A stretch of DNA of 64,000 nucleotides from Desulfurococcaceae archaeon (GTDB lineage Archaea > Thermoproteota > Thermoprotei_A > Sulfolobales > Desulfurococcaceae). Under the pieces are notes generated by a model. It saw only the letters and a program-made list of their open reading frames with translations. It had not been told where the DNA came from and ran no database searches. Below, piece by piece: positions 20,152 through 30,150 of the stretch. The stretch covers positions 1-64,000 of the forward strand of contig JAWBBW010000004.1 of assembly GCA_038824035.1 (NCBI GenBank), read 5' to 3'. The position numbers were made by a program, and so were the translations under genes. Every line of letters begins with the position of its first letter. The stretch's first letter is position 1.

Positions 20152-21522
20152 TTGAGTGAGAAAAAACTTTTCGGGACAGATGGTGTAAGGGGGATCATTA
20201 ATGTGGAGCTTAATCCACAGTTCCTGGTAAGACTCGCCTTGGCCATAGGGTCGTATTTTCAGGAGGGATCTAGAGTATTGATTGGAATGGATTCGAGGGC
20301 TGGAGGCGGAGCGATAAAGGGTATTATAGCTGGTACACTAATATTCACGGGTTTAAAAGTATACGATGCTGGCTACACACCCACACCGGCATTACAATAC
20401 GCTATTAAATCCCTGGGCTTCGATGGCGGCGTGATGATCACTGCAAGTCATAATCCACCGGAATATAATGGGATAAAGGTGATTGGTCCGCATGGTATAG
20501 AGGTTGATAGGGATGAGGAAAGGAAAATCGAGGAATTATTCTGGGAAATGAGGTATAGGAGCGTGGATTGGAGAGGCTTATCAGCCTCGATCACCCCATA
20601 TCACGGTGTGAACGACATTTATGTCGACGCCATTGTTGAAAAAGTAGATAAGGACATTATCGCTAAGAAAGGGTTTAAAGTACTAGTGGATCCCGCTAAC
20701 AACGTGGGTGCATTGACAACGCCGAAATTGCTTAGAAGGCTAGGGGTTAAACCACTTGTTATCAATGGCACACTGGATATCGAGCCCGCAAGGCTTCCTG
20801 AGCCTACGCCAGAGACACTGCGAGATACTGCCAAGATCGTCGCAGAGACCGGGTGTATACTTGGCGTGGGACATGACAGCGATGCTGATAGAGCATTGAT
20901 GATTGATGAAAAAGGCAGGGTGTTTTGGGGCGATAGGTCAGCGACATTATTGGCCAAGTACCTAAAAGCTGTTAGAAATGAAAAGGGAAAGGTATATACC
21001 GCTGTATCATCAAGTATGATCATAGAAGAGGTGGTCAAGCCGCTCAATGTAGATGTCGTGTGGCTGAAAGTGGGCTCAGTGGATATAGCCCATGCAATGT
21101 TCAAATCCGGCGACGCCATGTGTGGTTTTGAAGAGAATGGTGGTTTCATGTATCCCCCACATCAATACGTGAGGGATGGTGGTATGAAAACGGCATTATT
21201 TCTAGAGATGTTAGCTAAATTAAATGCTAGGCCCTCGGAATTATTTGATCAATTGCCAAGGTACCATGTGATCAAGGCTAAGTATAACATGCCCAGAGAA
21301 ATGGCGTTGAGAGTGATTGAAATGGCGAAAGATGTATTTAAGGACCATAGACAGATAACGATCGATGGCGTTAAAGTGATATCCAGTGATTACTGGGTAT
21401 TAATAAGGCCGAGTGGCACTGAGCCATTGTTACGGGTCATGATAGAGGCCAGGTCAGAAGAATTGGCCATTAAACTGAGAGAGCAGGTTGAAAACCTAGT
21501 TAAAGAGGTGTCGAGGACTTGA
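20152..21522 (+). CDS. Alpha-D-phosphohexomutase (PGM/PMM/GlmM family)
   Basis: LFGTDGVRG, phosphoserine motif TASHNP, metal loop DSDADR, GFEENGG, RPSGTEP. Confidence 0.96.
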   Translation: MSEKKLFGTDGVRGIINVELNPQFLVRLALAIGSYFQEGSRVLIGMDSRAGGGAIKGIIAGTLIFTGLKVYDAGYTPTPALQYAIKSLGFDGGVMITASHNPPEYNGIKVIGPHGIEVDRDEERKIEELFWEMRYRSVDWRGLSASITPYHGVNDIYVDAIVEKVDKDIIAKKGFKVLVDPANNVGALTTPKLLRRLGVKPLVINGTLDIEPARLPEPTPETLRDTAKIVAETGCILGVGHDSDADRALMIDEKGRVFWGDRSATLLAKYLKAVRNEKGKVYTAVSSSMIIEEVVKPLNVDVVWLKVGSVDIAHAMFKSGDAMCGFEENGGFMYPPHQYVRDGGMKTALFLEMLAKLNARPSELFDQLPRYHVIKAKYNMPREMALRVIEMAKDVFKDHRQITIDGVKVISSDYWVLIRPSGTEPLLRVMIEARSEELAIKLREQVENLVKEVSRT

Positions 21523-21914
21523 TGCGGTATTGGGGACTTGACATAGTAAGATGCGTTCACTGCAAAAATTTCCCCCTTGAAATTATAGTCATAGAATCCG
21601 AGAAACAGAACATCGATGTTTCCGGTATCCAAACACCGCTTTGTAAATCGTATTGTGGGTATTTAAAGGAGAATGTACAAAGTTCAAAGGAATATCCATG
21701 CTTGGATTGCCTGAAAACAGGCATCAAGACGGCTGTCCTATATTGCCCTGAATGTAAGAGATGGTACCCTGTGAGGGATGGCATAGTCCACTTGTTGACA
21801 GATAACAGGAGGAAAAAGGAACGCGATCTAGAGTTTTTGAGAAAGTACAAAGACCATATACCTAAATATATCCTTGAAGAGGGGAAACCCTTCAATTTAC
21901 TTAAAATTGACTAG
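21519..21914 (+). CDS. Trm112-family methyltransferase activator (zinc-binding)
   Basis: LDIVRCVHCK.FPL ... LYCPECKRWYPVRDGIV.LL, with an additional Cys-containing insert. Confidence 0.88.
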   Translation: MMRYWGLDIVRCVHCKNFPLEIIVIESEKQNIDVSGIQTPLCKSYCGYLKENVQSSKEYPCLDCLKTGIKTAVLYCPECKRWYPVRDGIVHLLTDNRRKKERDLEFLRKYKDHIPKYILEEGKPFNLLKID

Positions 21915-22818
21915 GTTTTTTCCTCATCTCGGATAAAGTGACTATATACGTAGATATCACTATCATACCTCCCCCAAGGACTTTATAAATCTCCAATTCC
22001 TCCATCCCCATTAACACTGAAAATAGAAGCGCGAATACTGGTTCAAGGAGAAATATCACAGCTGCTGATGCAGCTGAAACGTATTTCTGGCCCCATACCT
22101 GGAAAAAAGTTGCCCCAATAGAGCACGCGACCGCTAGATAGGCTAGGTATTTCAATATCTCCATGTCAAGCTGGAACCCGTAGACAATATATGCCAATGG
22201 GGCCATGAACGAGCCTGTTAGGAACATTCCATGTAGAAATTCCAATACATTTGTGTGCCTATATTTCGAGATCAGGATTATTTGGGCAGCCCATGCTATG
22301 GATCCGAGGAAAACAAGTAATTCGCCGATCCCAATACCCCCCTGTGGGCTTGTCAACACATATAATCCAAGCATGGATAATAATAGAGCCAGTAAATCCA
22401 GGACACCATAGCTTTTCCCAAGTAATGCCACATACACATGGACATGTATGGTATTGAAACCCGTTATAAATGCGCTGAGAGAGGGGGTGGTGTATGCTGT
22501 CCCCGCTGCCTGTAGTAATAGCCCAGATGCATATGCGATTCCTGTGATCATGCCCTTGACCATGCTGTCCATGTTTATAGGCCTACCCATCATTTTCAAT
22601 ACCACTAATATTGCTGTTAAGACCACAGTGGCGAACAATGTCCTATACGCTGTGTAGGAGAACGGATCTATATTGCTAACCGATAATTTTATGAACACGA
22701 ATGAAGTGCCCCACAAGATCGTGGTTAAAACTAACAGTGAAACACCCTTGATTTTCGCTGTAATTCCATGGCTCATAGGCCTCGCCAAGTAGCATTGCAT
22801 TAGACAAGGCGATTCCAT
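21901..22818 (-). CDS. DMT/EamA-family transporter
   Basis: About 10 TM helices, LWGTSFVFIK, SAFIT, LLEPVFA. Confidence 0.92.
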   Translation of the reverse strand: MESPCLMQCYLARPMSHGITAKIKGVSLLVLTTILWGTSFVFIKLSVSNIDPFSYTAYRTLFATVVLTAILVVLKMMGRPINMDSMVKGMITGIAYASGLLLQAAGTAYTTPSLSAFITGFNTIHVHVYVALLGKSYGVLDLLALLLSMLGLYVLTSPQGGIGIGELLVFLGSIAWAAQIILISKYRHTNVLEFLHGMFLTGSFMAPLAYIVYGFQLDMEILKYLAYLAVACSIGATFFQVWGQKYVSAASAAVIFLLEPVFALLFSVLMGMEELEIYKVLGGGMIVISTYIVTLSEMRKKPSQF

Positions 22819-22852
22819 AACTCGGTGTTATTTAATAATGACACTTAATGTT

Positions 22853-23824
22853 TTAAGGGATAATCCTAGTCCCGGACAAGCCCCTTAAGGCCTCTAATGC
22901 TTTGTCTAAATGCGCTATAATAGCTATTTTACCGCTGTTTTTCGCAAACCTGATAGCTGCCATGATCTTGGGCCCCATACTACCTGGTTTGAAATGCCCC
23001 TCGTTGTAATATCTAAGCGCATCTTCCACTGTCATGGTGTTAATTGGCTTTGCATCGGGTTTCCCATAGTTTAAGTAAACACTTTCAATATCTGTCAATA
23101 TGAGTAGGAGGTCGGCTTTCAGGGCTGTGGCGAGTCTTTCAGCACTGAGGTCCTTGTCTATAACCGCTTCTACCCCTTTTAATCCCCCTGTCTCATTGAT
23201 GTATACAGGTATTCCTCCACCCCCACTCGCTATGACTATAAACCCGTTGTCGAGCAACGTCTTTATAGCGTTTATCTCTACCAACTCTATAGGTTCGGGT
23301 GATGGCACTACTCTTCTATATCCTCCACGTGGATCCTCCTTGAAGACCCATCCAAGCTCCTTGCTCATGATCTCTGCCTCTTCTCTCTCATACCAGGAAC
23401 CGATGTACTTGGATGGGTTTTTGAACGCGATATCGTTGATATCCACCAATGTTTGTGTTATAATGGTGACAACCCCTTTGACCACGTTGGGCAATAGGCC
23501 TTTCTCGCGGAGTTTATTGTGTATGCTTTGTTGTAATATATAGCCCAGCCATCCCTGTGTCATGGCACCGGCTATGTCAAGTGTCATTGGTGGTATATTT
23601 CTCTGTTTTAACCCAAGGACCATCCATTCCTCTATAATACCTACCTGTGGACCATTACCATGTGTCACTATCACTCTATATCTTTCTTTCACAAGCTCTG
23701 CAACCAGGTTAGCTGTCTTCTCGGCATTCCTCCAGTAATCATTGGGTAGACCCCTGTCTTCTTTCGATTGGAACGCATTGCCACCGAGAGCTATTACTAT
23801 TAATCCTTTTTCACCAGTAAACAA
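22853..23824 (-). CDS. arcC: Carbamate kinase
   Basis: IALGGNA, THGNGPQVG, RRVVPSP, GGGGIPV, AVIDKD, GSMGPK. Confidence 0.96.
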   Translation of the reverse strand: MFTGEKGLIVIALGGNAFQSKEDRGLPNDYWRNAEKTANLVAELVKERYRVIVTHGNGPQVGIIEEWMVLGLKQRNIPPMTLDIAGAMTQGWLGYILQQSIHNKLREKGLLPNVVKGVVTIITQTLVDINDIAFKNPSKYIGSWYEREEAEIMSKELGWVFKEDPRGGYRRVVPSPEPIELVEINAIKTLLDNGFIVIASGGGGIPVYINETGGLKGVEAVIDKDLSAERLATALKADLLLILTDIESVYLNYGKPDAKPINTMTVEDALRYYNEGHFKPGSMGPKIMAAIRFAKNSGKIAIIAHLDKALEALRGLSGTRIIP

Positions 23825-23885
23825 GGGTGATCGCCGCGTGTATTAGTTATTTTATATGCTTTAATATAGTTTGATGAACATGAAC

Positions 23886-24677
23886 CTAGATCATGAAATC
23901 CGGGACACCCTCTGGGCTATAAGCTATCCTTGGGCGTAGATTGTTCATTCTAAGCAAGTACTTTACATGCGGGTATAATATCACGTACTCCTCGTCGATG
24001 CACTCGGCTAGTGATGGATGTATCTTTGCTAATCTCCTCTTGTAGTTGCTATAAGCCTCTGGCTCGCTAAAACTCAACATCACCGCTGGATAAAATTCCT
24101 CGCAAGGCTTAAACCCGTATTCCAGTAGATTCGTCAACGCGTCGAATTGGTATTGATAAAAAGATCTATCGGCTCCACTTAGCATTTCAAACTCCTCTGG
24201 AATACATCCCTTGAAACTAACCCTGATCACCATGTTCTGGAAATTGCTAAGTTTCTCGGCAAGATATGGGTATTTGCCGAGTAATAATCCATTAGTCTCT
24301 AATATGAAAATGTACCTTGTTTCCCCGATCAATTCGAGCAAACTCAGTAAGTGGTTAAAACCCAGTGTTGGTTCACCACCACTGAGTCTGATATACTTGT
24401 ATTTACATCTACTCGCTATGCCAACTAGCTTCTCGAAAACAGTGTTAGGGGGGTAGAATTGACCTTTATCACTGTAATAGCTATATCTCCAACTCCAACA
24501 AAACTTGCATCTTAGGTTACAACCAACTACGTCACCTGTTGCTATGCCGCCATACCATCTCCCTCCTCTGAAGCGATAATATCTCCTATCCTCAATGCCG
24601 TCCCTACTCCGTGTAACCTGGGAAATAACGATCTCGGCTATTTTGAATGGGTCTAGACCAGGCATTTCAGTTTCCAT
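23886..24677 (-). CDS. Radical SAM protein
   Basis: CNLRCKFC (CxxxCxxC), SGGEP, LETNG. Confidence 0.92.
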   Translation of the reverse strand: METEMPGLDPFKIAEIVISQVTRSRDGIEDRRYYRFRGGRWYGGIATGDVVGCNLRCKFCWSWRYSYYSDKGQFYPPNTVFEKLVGIASRCKYKYIRLSGGEPTLGFNHLLSLLELIGETRYIFILETNGLLLGKYPYLAEKLSNFQNMVIRVSFKGCIPEEFEMLSGADRSFYQYQFDALTNLLEYGFKPCEEFYPAVMLSFSEPEAYSNYKRRLAKIHPSLAECIDEEYVILYPHVKYLLRMNNLRPRIAYSPEGVPDFMI

Positions 24678-24689
24678 AAATCATTGTGA

Positions 24690-25571
24690 CTAGGGATATT
24701 TTATCAATTCCAGGTTTTTAATCAAGTGTTCTAAGCCATCTAGATATACCGATGGATCCTTCACCAATATTTCTTCTAAACGGCTTCTTCTATGGAGTCT
24801 TAGCCTGTTATATATGTACACCAGTGATTGCACAACGCCGTTTAACACGTTGAATCTTTCCATGGAGAACGCGTATGGACATGTGGAAGAACATCTCTCA
24901 CAGTTCAATCCACGCTTTAAACACCTGTTCTTATCCACCGAGACCTTGATATCTTGGCCCAAGAACCTAGCGTAGTACCTATCAATAGGTGCATGGACAG
25001 TGTCCCCGTAAGCATGGAGTAGATACGCCTTAATGCTCTTAACTCCCACGCCATGTATGCTAAGCAATCTCACTATCTCGGATAACCTGTCCACGGTACT
25101 TGAATAAACCTCATCAATGATATCCTTTTTACTCATGAAATCTCTTGCTATGTAGGAATTAGACGAGATATATCCTTTCCTAAGTAATTCCTGAACCCAT
25201 CTCACAGTATTCACGTAATAATCCGTGTTGCGCGATAGATATATCGTGTAAAAGACCAATTGCTTATCTAGTTCATTATGTATCAAGGTTATGTTCTCCG
25301 CTATGCATTTATGAATGCCCGTAATTCCACAGATCTCTTTGAATAAATACAATCTATCAAGCCCCAATGCATTGCTAAGCTCACTTGTAAAACGATGTGG
25401 AGATTCACAAATAGTCTCTAAGTCCTTTTCATTGAAAACGCACTCAATTCCTCTCAAGGAACCAAAGGCTTTCTTGAAAATAAACCCATTATTGGTTTCT
25501 TCGATATCGAATAGAGGCAGGTGATAGGAATATAATAGCGTTAAGCCATAGTGAATGCCCTTTATAATCAA
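24690..25571 (-). CDS. HhH-GPD superfamily DNA glycosylase-like protein with a C-terminal Cys cluster
   Basis: LLSIHGVGVKS (HhH), APIDRY (GPD Asp), CLKRGLNCERCSSTC. Start set to TTG 25571 because the ORF-track extension overlaps the divergent gene. Confidence 0.7.
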   Translation of the reverse strand: MIIKGIHYGLTLLYSYHLPLFDIEETNNGFIFKKAFGSLRGIECVFNEKDLETICESPHRFTSELSNALGLDRLYLFKEICGITGIHKCIAENITLIHNELDKQLVFYTIYLSRNTDYYVNTVRWVQELLRKGYISSNSYIARDFMSKKDIIDEVYSSTVDRLSEIVRLLSIHGVGVKSIKAYLLHAYGDTVHAPIDRYYARFLGQDIKVSVDKNRCLKRGLNCERCSSTCPYAFSMERFNVLNGVVQSLVYIYNRLRLHRRSRLEEILVKDPSVYLDGLEHLIKNLELIKYP

Positions 25572-25623
25572 CCCGACACCTATTCTAATTCTAAAGCCCT
25601 TAGCAATAGTTAAAGGTGATTCA

Positions 25624-26154
25624 TTGGATAAAATTGCATATACTATTGGATATGGAGGTAGAACGGTTGACGAATTCATTGGGATATTGCTGTATTTCAA
25701 TATAAATAAAGTGATAGATGTTAGGAGATGGAATAAATCGAAAAGACTACAAGATTTCTCCGGTAATACGCTCAGAGAACACCTAAGTAAATACGGCATA
25801 GACTACATATGGATACCAGAGCTCGGTGGTTATAGGAAATTCGGAGTAGACGTGGAGGATCGTGGCATAGCATCGTGTTTTGAATCAGAAGGATTTAGAG
25901 CATATGCCACTTACTTGACCACCAGGAGTGATGTAAAAGAGATCCTGAGGATAATGGTTAAACACCTGATGCAGAGTACAGGTGTGATCATGTGTAAAGA
26001 GAGATATCCATGGATGTGTCATAGGAAAATACTTTCAGATTACTTAGTGGCAGTAGGGTTCAAGGTGATACACATAATTAGTGAAGATAAGTTTTTCGAA
26101 CACAGGCTCCACAATTGTGCTATCATCAAGAACGGCGTATTGTATTACCAGTAA
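25624..26154 (+). CDS. DUF488-family protein
   Basis: YTIGY, VIDVRR, ELGGYR, MCKE....CHR.ILSD. TTG start at 25624 after GGTGA. Confidence 0.9.
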   Translation: MDKIAYTIGYGGRTVDEFIGILLYFNINKVIDVRRWNKSKRLQDFSGNTLREHLSKYGIDYIWIPELGGYRKFGVDVEDRGIASCFESEGFRAYATYLTTRSDVKEILRIMVKHLMQSTGVIMCKERYPWMCHRKILSDYLVAVGFKVIHIISEDKFFEHRLHNCAIIKNGVLYYQ

Positions 26155-26169
26155 CCAATGGTTTGAAAC

Positions 26170-27100
26170 CATTGGTTTCTTAAAAACCATAGGGCTCATT
26201 GTGTCGATTCGATCAAAAATTTCCCAAGCCTTGAATTTGATTTCTTCTAAAAGCCATACAGGGATATCGGAGATGCCATTCAACAATAGTCTCGGCGAGC
26301 ATGATTGATTGAATAAATATTATCGCGAGGAATGCCCCTGTAGTAATGGGTGATCCCTATTAATAACCACATCACATATCAACTCTGTTAATACTTGCCT
26401 CATCAAGGAGTAATTCAAGTGTTGAGTTAAATGGGTGTATGCCAGGGTTTTGTGGGATATATTCAAGCAAAACCCTGTTAAATACCTCTAACTGGGGAGC
26501 ACTGCTAACATTTCATACAGTGCCATAAATACACTATAGATATACACAGCATTTATATCACCTGGGTGTATTTAATAGCACTTGTTACATCGGGGTAGAA
26601 TTTTATTATAGCCTTATCTATTTTTTAGCAATTACAATGGATAGCAAAACGCTTATATAGTTCCAGCATGAGGTATTGGCCTCCTTATACTTTGTAACAT
26701 GAAATGCTCAGGCCTTGTTGACAGATATGCCGTTATATGTTGACAGGTCACTGATATTTAATCATATATGTCTCGGCACGATTGCTATAATGCACGGCGT
26801 TTTTCAACTAATTTGAACCCGGTAACGCTATTGCTGATTATTTCCTCATGACTCAGGTAGGTCTGTCACATATGTCTCATAATCACCTAGAACTATGATT
26901 AATCGACCAAGTTGAGATCGCATTGTATATACTGTAACGAGGTCAAACATGCTGAGACCAGTTTTATCATAGCTAATTCTAAAGATTTTTGCCGAGCACG
27001 GATACAGTGTTCTGTGTGATCGGGCTGAGCGATTTTATCACCAGAATATAGCTATATAAAGTAGCTATAAGCTTGCCCCCGTAATACCCTATGTAACCTT
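26170..27100 (-). pseudogene. Decayed family-5 (OppA/DppA-type) ABC solute-binding protein gene
   Basis: Ordered remnants on the minus strand: YVTDLPES* then EIISN..GFKL, IAIVPRHI*LNISD, FHVTKYKE then GQYLMLE, KIDKAIIKFYPD, GDINAV. Multiple stops and frameshifts. Boundaries are approximate. Confidence 0.75.
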
Positions 27101-27217
27101 GAAATACATGCTTTATCATTATTTGAAATAGCCATGACCTCGATGTATATATGTAGCGAGAGATGGAACAAAATAGCTACATATATAACTACGTTAAGCT
27201 GTGTCTATTAAGAATAG

Positions 27218-27925
27218 GTGTCATATATGGTTACATCGAATAAAGTGAGTATAACCAGCCTGGTTCAAACAGTGCTCGAAGTAAATCCATGTATGATCGA
27301 TAGTATTGAGAAAGGATATGCAAATTACACGCGGTTAGCATCAATCATAGCTGAAATAATAAAAAACAGGTATGGTGTTAAATGCAGCATTGATGCTACC
27401 AAGATGGCCCTTCTGAGGAGCAAGAACAAGGTATCTCAGGGATCTCGTTTAAAGAAAATATACGAGATATTCGCCAATAGCAATATAGAAGTGAAAACTG
27501 GTTTATCTGTTTTAACATATGATACAACGGTGCTTAGGGATATCACTAATGTGATCCAGGAATTATCTGGTAAAACCAGGTTTCTCTCCGTGGTTCAAAG
27601 TGTAAGTAATATAACGATCATAATTAACAAGGAGCTATGTGAACAAGTCAAGAAAAGCATAAAAGCTACTCCATTACTTGAAGTGAACGATACATCTGCA
27701 TTGATATTGATAAGCCCCCCGGAAAACGTCGAGGTTCCAGGTTTCATAGCATATCTCACAGCCGTGTTAGCGATACAAGGGGTGAATATCATTCAAATAG
27801 TGTCATCTCATAGTGACACAATCGTGATCGTGGGTAAACAAGACACCGCGAAAACCTTCAATATATTGGAAAAATTAATTGAAAACTCAAAAAGTATGAT
27901 CAAGAATGCGCGTAATATTACTTGA
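27218..27925 (+). CDS. ACT-domain-containing protein (archaeal regulator-like)
   Basis: N-terminal NYTRLA...ATKMALLR helix region and C-terminal ACT motif PGFIAYLTAVLAIQGVNIIQIVSSHSDT. Confidence 0.8.
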   Translation: MSYMVTSNKVSITSLVQTVLEVNPCMIDSIEKGYANYTRLASIIAEIIKNRYGVKCSIDATKMALLRSKNKVSQGSRLKKIYEIFANSNIEVKTGLSVLTYDTTVLRDITNVIQELSGKTRFLSVVQSVSNITIIINKELCEQVKKSIKATPLLEVNDTSALILISPPENVEVPGFIAYLTAVLAIQGVNIIQIVSSHSDTIVIVGKQDTAKTFNILEKLIENSKSMIKNARNIT

Positions 27926-29030
27926 TCAATGCTCCTTTAATGCTTTTTACCCACTCTGTGTCGATCTCCTCGACAAAGCCCTTGACTAATTGAGCGGCAT
28001 TGTATACATCATTTAAATCCACAACCTCGACTGGGCTGTGCACATACCTAGTAGGTATGGAGATGGCGCCAGCTGGTACACCTTCTTTATTGAGCGCTAT
28101 TATGGACGCATCAGTTGTACCGCCTGTTAATATTTCTAATTGATAGGGTATTTTCCTTTTCTCGGCAATACTTATTAAGAAATCCACTAGTTTTGGATGG
28201 ACTATTAAGCCAGAGGCACCTCTTCCATCTGCAATCTTGATCGCAGGGCCCTTGCCAAGCCTTGTACACCATTCACTCTTAGGGACACCAGGTGTGTCGT
28301 TTGCTATGGTCACGTCAATAGCCAATGCCACATCAGGAGAGATCGCATATGCCGAAGTCCTGGCTCCTTTTAACCCAACTTCCTCCTGTACTGTGGCCAC
28401 GAAATAAGTATCCACGCCAGGGGTTTCCATTAATTGGAGGGCCTTGATCATGGTTGCCACGCCGATCCTGTCATCAAATGCCTTGCCCGATATCTTGTCG
28501 CCCATTAACTCCACGACCTCCCTGTCAAAGACAGCTATATCGCCCACCTTTATGCCCAATTTCTCAACCTCATCTCTAGAGGATGCACCTATATCTATGA
28601 ACAACTCCCTGATTTCTGGTACTTTCTGCGCCTCCTCTGGCTTGGCGACATGAGGTGGCCTTAAACCGATAACACCTCTATATACTTTACCATCACGTGT
28701 ACTGATCAATACTCGTTGGTAAACAAGACTCCTCTCAAAAACACCGCCTATAGGTACAACTCTTAGGTACCCATCATCTTCGATATGTGATATGAACATG
28801 CCTATCTCATCCATGTGTGCAGCTATCATGATCTTGGCATCGCTTTTCTTACCCTTCTTAAAGCCTATCACGTTACCTAGTGTATCGATCCAAAGCCTAT
28901 CAACATGTGGTTTCATCAACTCCACTACGATACTTCCGATCAAGTCTTCTCGGCCACTGGGCCCAGGTGGATTGGCTAATTTCCTCACAATATCTAGCAA
29001 CTCGGATTTCCAATTCAAGTGGTTCACCAA
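27918..29030 (-). CDS. M42-family (TET) aminopeptidase
   Basis: GPSGRE, AHMDEIG, KAFDDR, QEEVGL, IDVT, GGTTDA, RYVHS. Confidence 0.96.
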   Translation of the reverse strand: MVNHLNWKSELLDIVRKLANPPGPSGREDLIGSIVVELMKPHVDRLWIDTLGNVIGFKKGKKSDAKIMIAAHMDEIGMFISHIEDDGYLRVVPIGGVFERSLVYQRVLISTRDGKVYRGVIGLRPPHVAKPEEAQKVPEIRELFIDIGASSRDEVEKLGIKVGDIAVFDREVVELMGDKISGKAFDDRIGVATMIKALQLMETPGVDTYFVATVQEEVGLKGARTSAYAISPDVALAIDVTIANDTPGVPKSEWCTRLGKGPAIKIADGRGASGLIVHPKLVDFLISIAEKRKIPYQLEILTGGTTDASIIALNKEGVPAGAISIPTRYVHSPVEVVDLNDVYNAAQLVKGFVEEIDTEWVKSIKGALIK

Positions 29031-29074
29031 ATGGACTAATCACGGGGTTAGTTAATTAATGTTTCCACAGGTCA

Positions 29075-29941
29075 CTAAGGGTATTTAATATGTAACTCTA
29101 TTCCGTATTTCTTAAACCCCTCTATTGCCCTGATCACATCCCTTGTTGCCGTAACATCGTGTGTCCTGATCACATGTGCCCCTTTCAAAATAGCTATTGC
29201 GGTGAAGGCTAAGCTACCATATAGCCTTTCCTCGGGCTTATCCTTGCCAGTTAAGACACCTATAAAGGATTTCCTTGACACTCCTATGACTATTGGTAGA
29301 CCGAAAACCCTTAGCCTATCTAGATTAGATAAAACACTTAGATCCCATATATACCATGGTGGATCCTTGTACCTGAAAAAGCCTATACACGGGTCTATTG
29401 CAACTTTTTTCATATCGTAGTCTATATCTCTTAACAACCCAAGGCTTTCCTCGAGCGCCGCAATAACTCTTTCCACAGGCCTATATCCATTCCGGGGAAC
29501 AATCTCCCTAGCACATATGATCAGCGATGGCCTGTAATCCCTCACCACATTGATCATCATTCGATCACCCTTCAACCCTGTCACATCATTTACTATATCA
29601 GCACCTGCTTTGAGCGCTTCTTCCGCAACTCTTGATCTAAAAGTATCGATCGAGATAGGTATATCGACTAGGTCTTTAACAATCCTGATCGCTTTTACAA
29701 CTCTCTCTATTTCAACGTCGATCGGTATTTCTGTCTGCAGATATGGAGCAGTAGACCTGCCGCCTATATCTATTAAATCACACCCCTCATTTACGGCTTT
29801 TTCAACAAACTCCTTTATCTCTTCGGGCTTAGTGAAAACAGAGCCCTTGTAAAATGATTCAGGCGATACATTTAAAACAGCCATTACCCTAACTGGGTGA
29901 TTATCGCCTATGTCTAAATGACCTAGTTTCCCCTCTAACAC
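29075..29941 (-). CDS. folP: Dihydropteroate synthase
   Basis: MAVLNVSPESF, DIGGRST.P, SIDT, NDVTG, DPCIGF, GVSRKSFIG, IRTHDV. Likely GTG start at 29941 after GGGGT. Confidence 0.92.
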   Translation of the reverse strand: MLEGKLGHLDIGDNHPVRVMAVLNVSPESFYKGSVFTKPEEIKEFVEKAVNEGCDLIDIGGRSTAPYLQTEIPIDVEIERVVKAIRIVKDLVDIPISIDTFRSRVAEEALKAGADIVNDVTGLKGDRMMINVVRDYRPSLIICAREIVPRNGYRPVERVIAALEESLGLLRDIDYDMKKVAIDPCIGFFRYKDPPWYIWDLSVLSNLDRLRVFGLPIVIGVSRKSFIGVLTGKDKPEERLYGSLAFTAIAILKGAHVIRTHDVTATRDVIRAIEGFKKYGIELHIKYP

Positions 29942-30150
29942 TACTAGACCCCTGTAACCTAGGATTATTTGTTTCATTCGGGTAAAATTTAAATACCGGT
30001 ACCAGATATAAATTCCATCCAAGGTGATATAGATGCGCCAATATTAAACCCTCGGTCAAAGCCCTTCTATATATTTGAAACTATAATCCTATATGAGAAA
30101 ATACATCCCACCCCTGCGATAACGCTTTGTCCTAGGAAAGAGGTGGTCTA

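Noticed and set aside
21095-21115. GTTCAAATCC, similar to a tRNA T-loop
   Set aside because: It lies inside the phosphohexomutase CDS and no cloverleaf or acceptor stem is present.
22853-23824. Arginine deiminase operon
   Set aside because: Only carbamate kinase is present; no arcA, arcB or arcD gene was recognised in the window.
25555-25799. Apparent 245-bp head-to-head overlap of the HhH-GPD and DUF488 ORFs
   Set aside because: Artefact of longest-ORF starts. TTG starts at 25571 (-) and 25624 (+) with RBS-like motifs remove the overlap.
26170-27100. TGA read-through or recoding (TGA at Trp positions)
   Set aside because: The same region has frameshifts, other stops and deletions, and TGA is used as a normal stop throughout the window.
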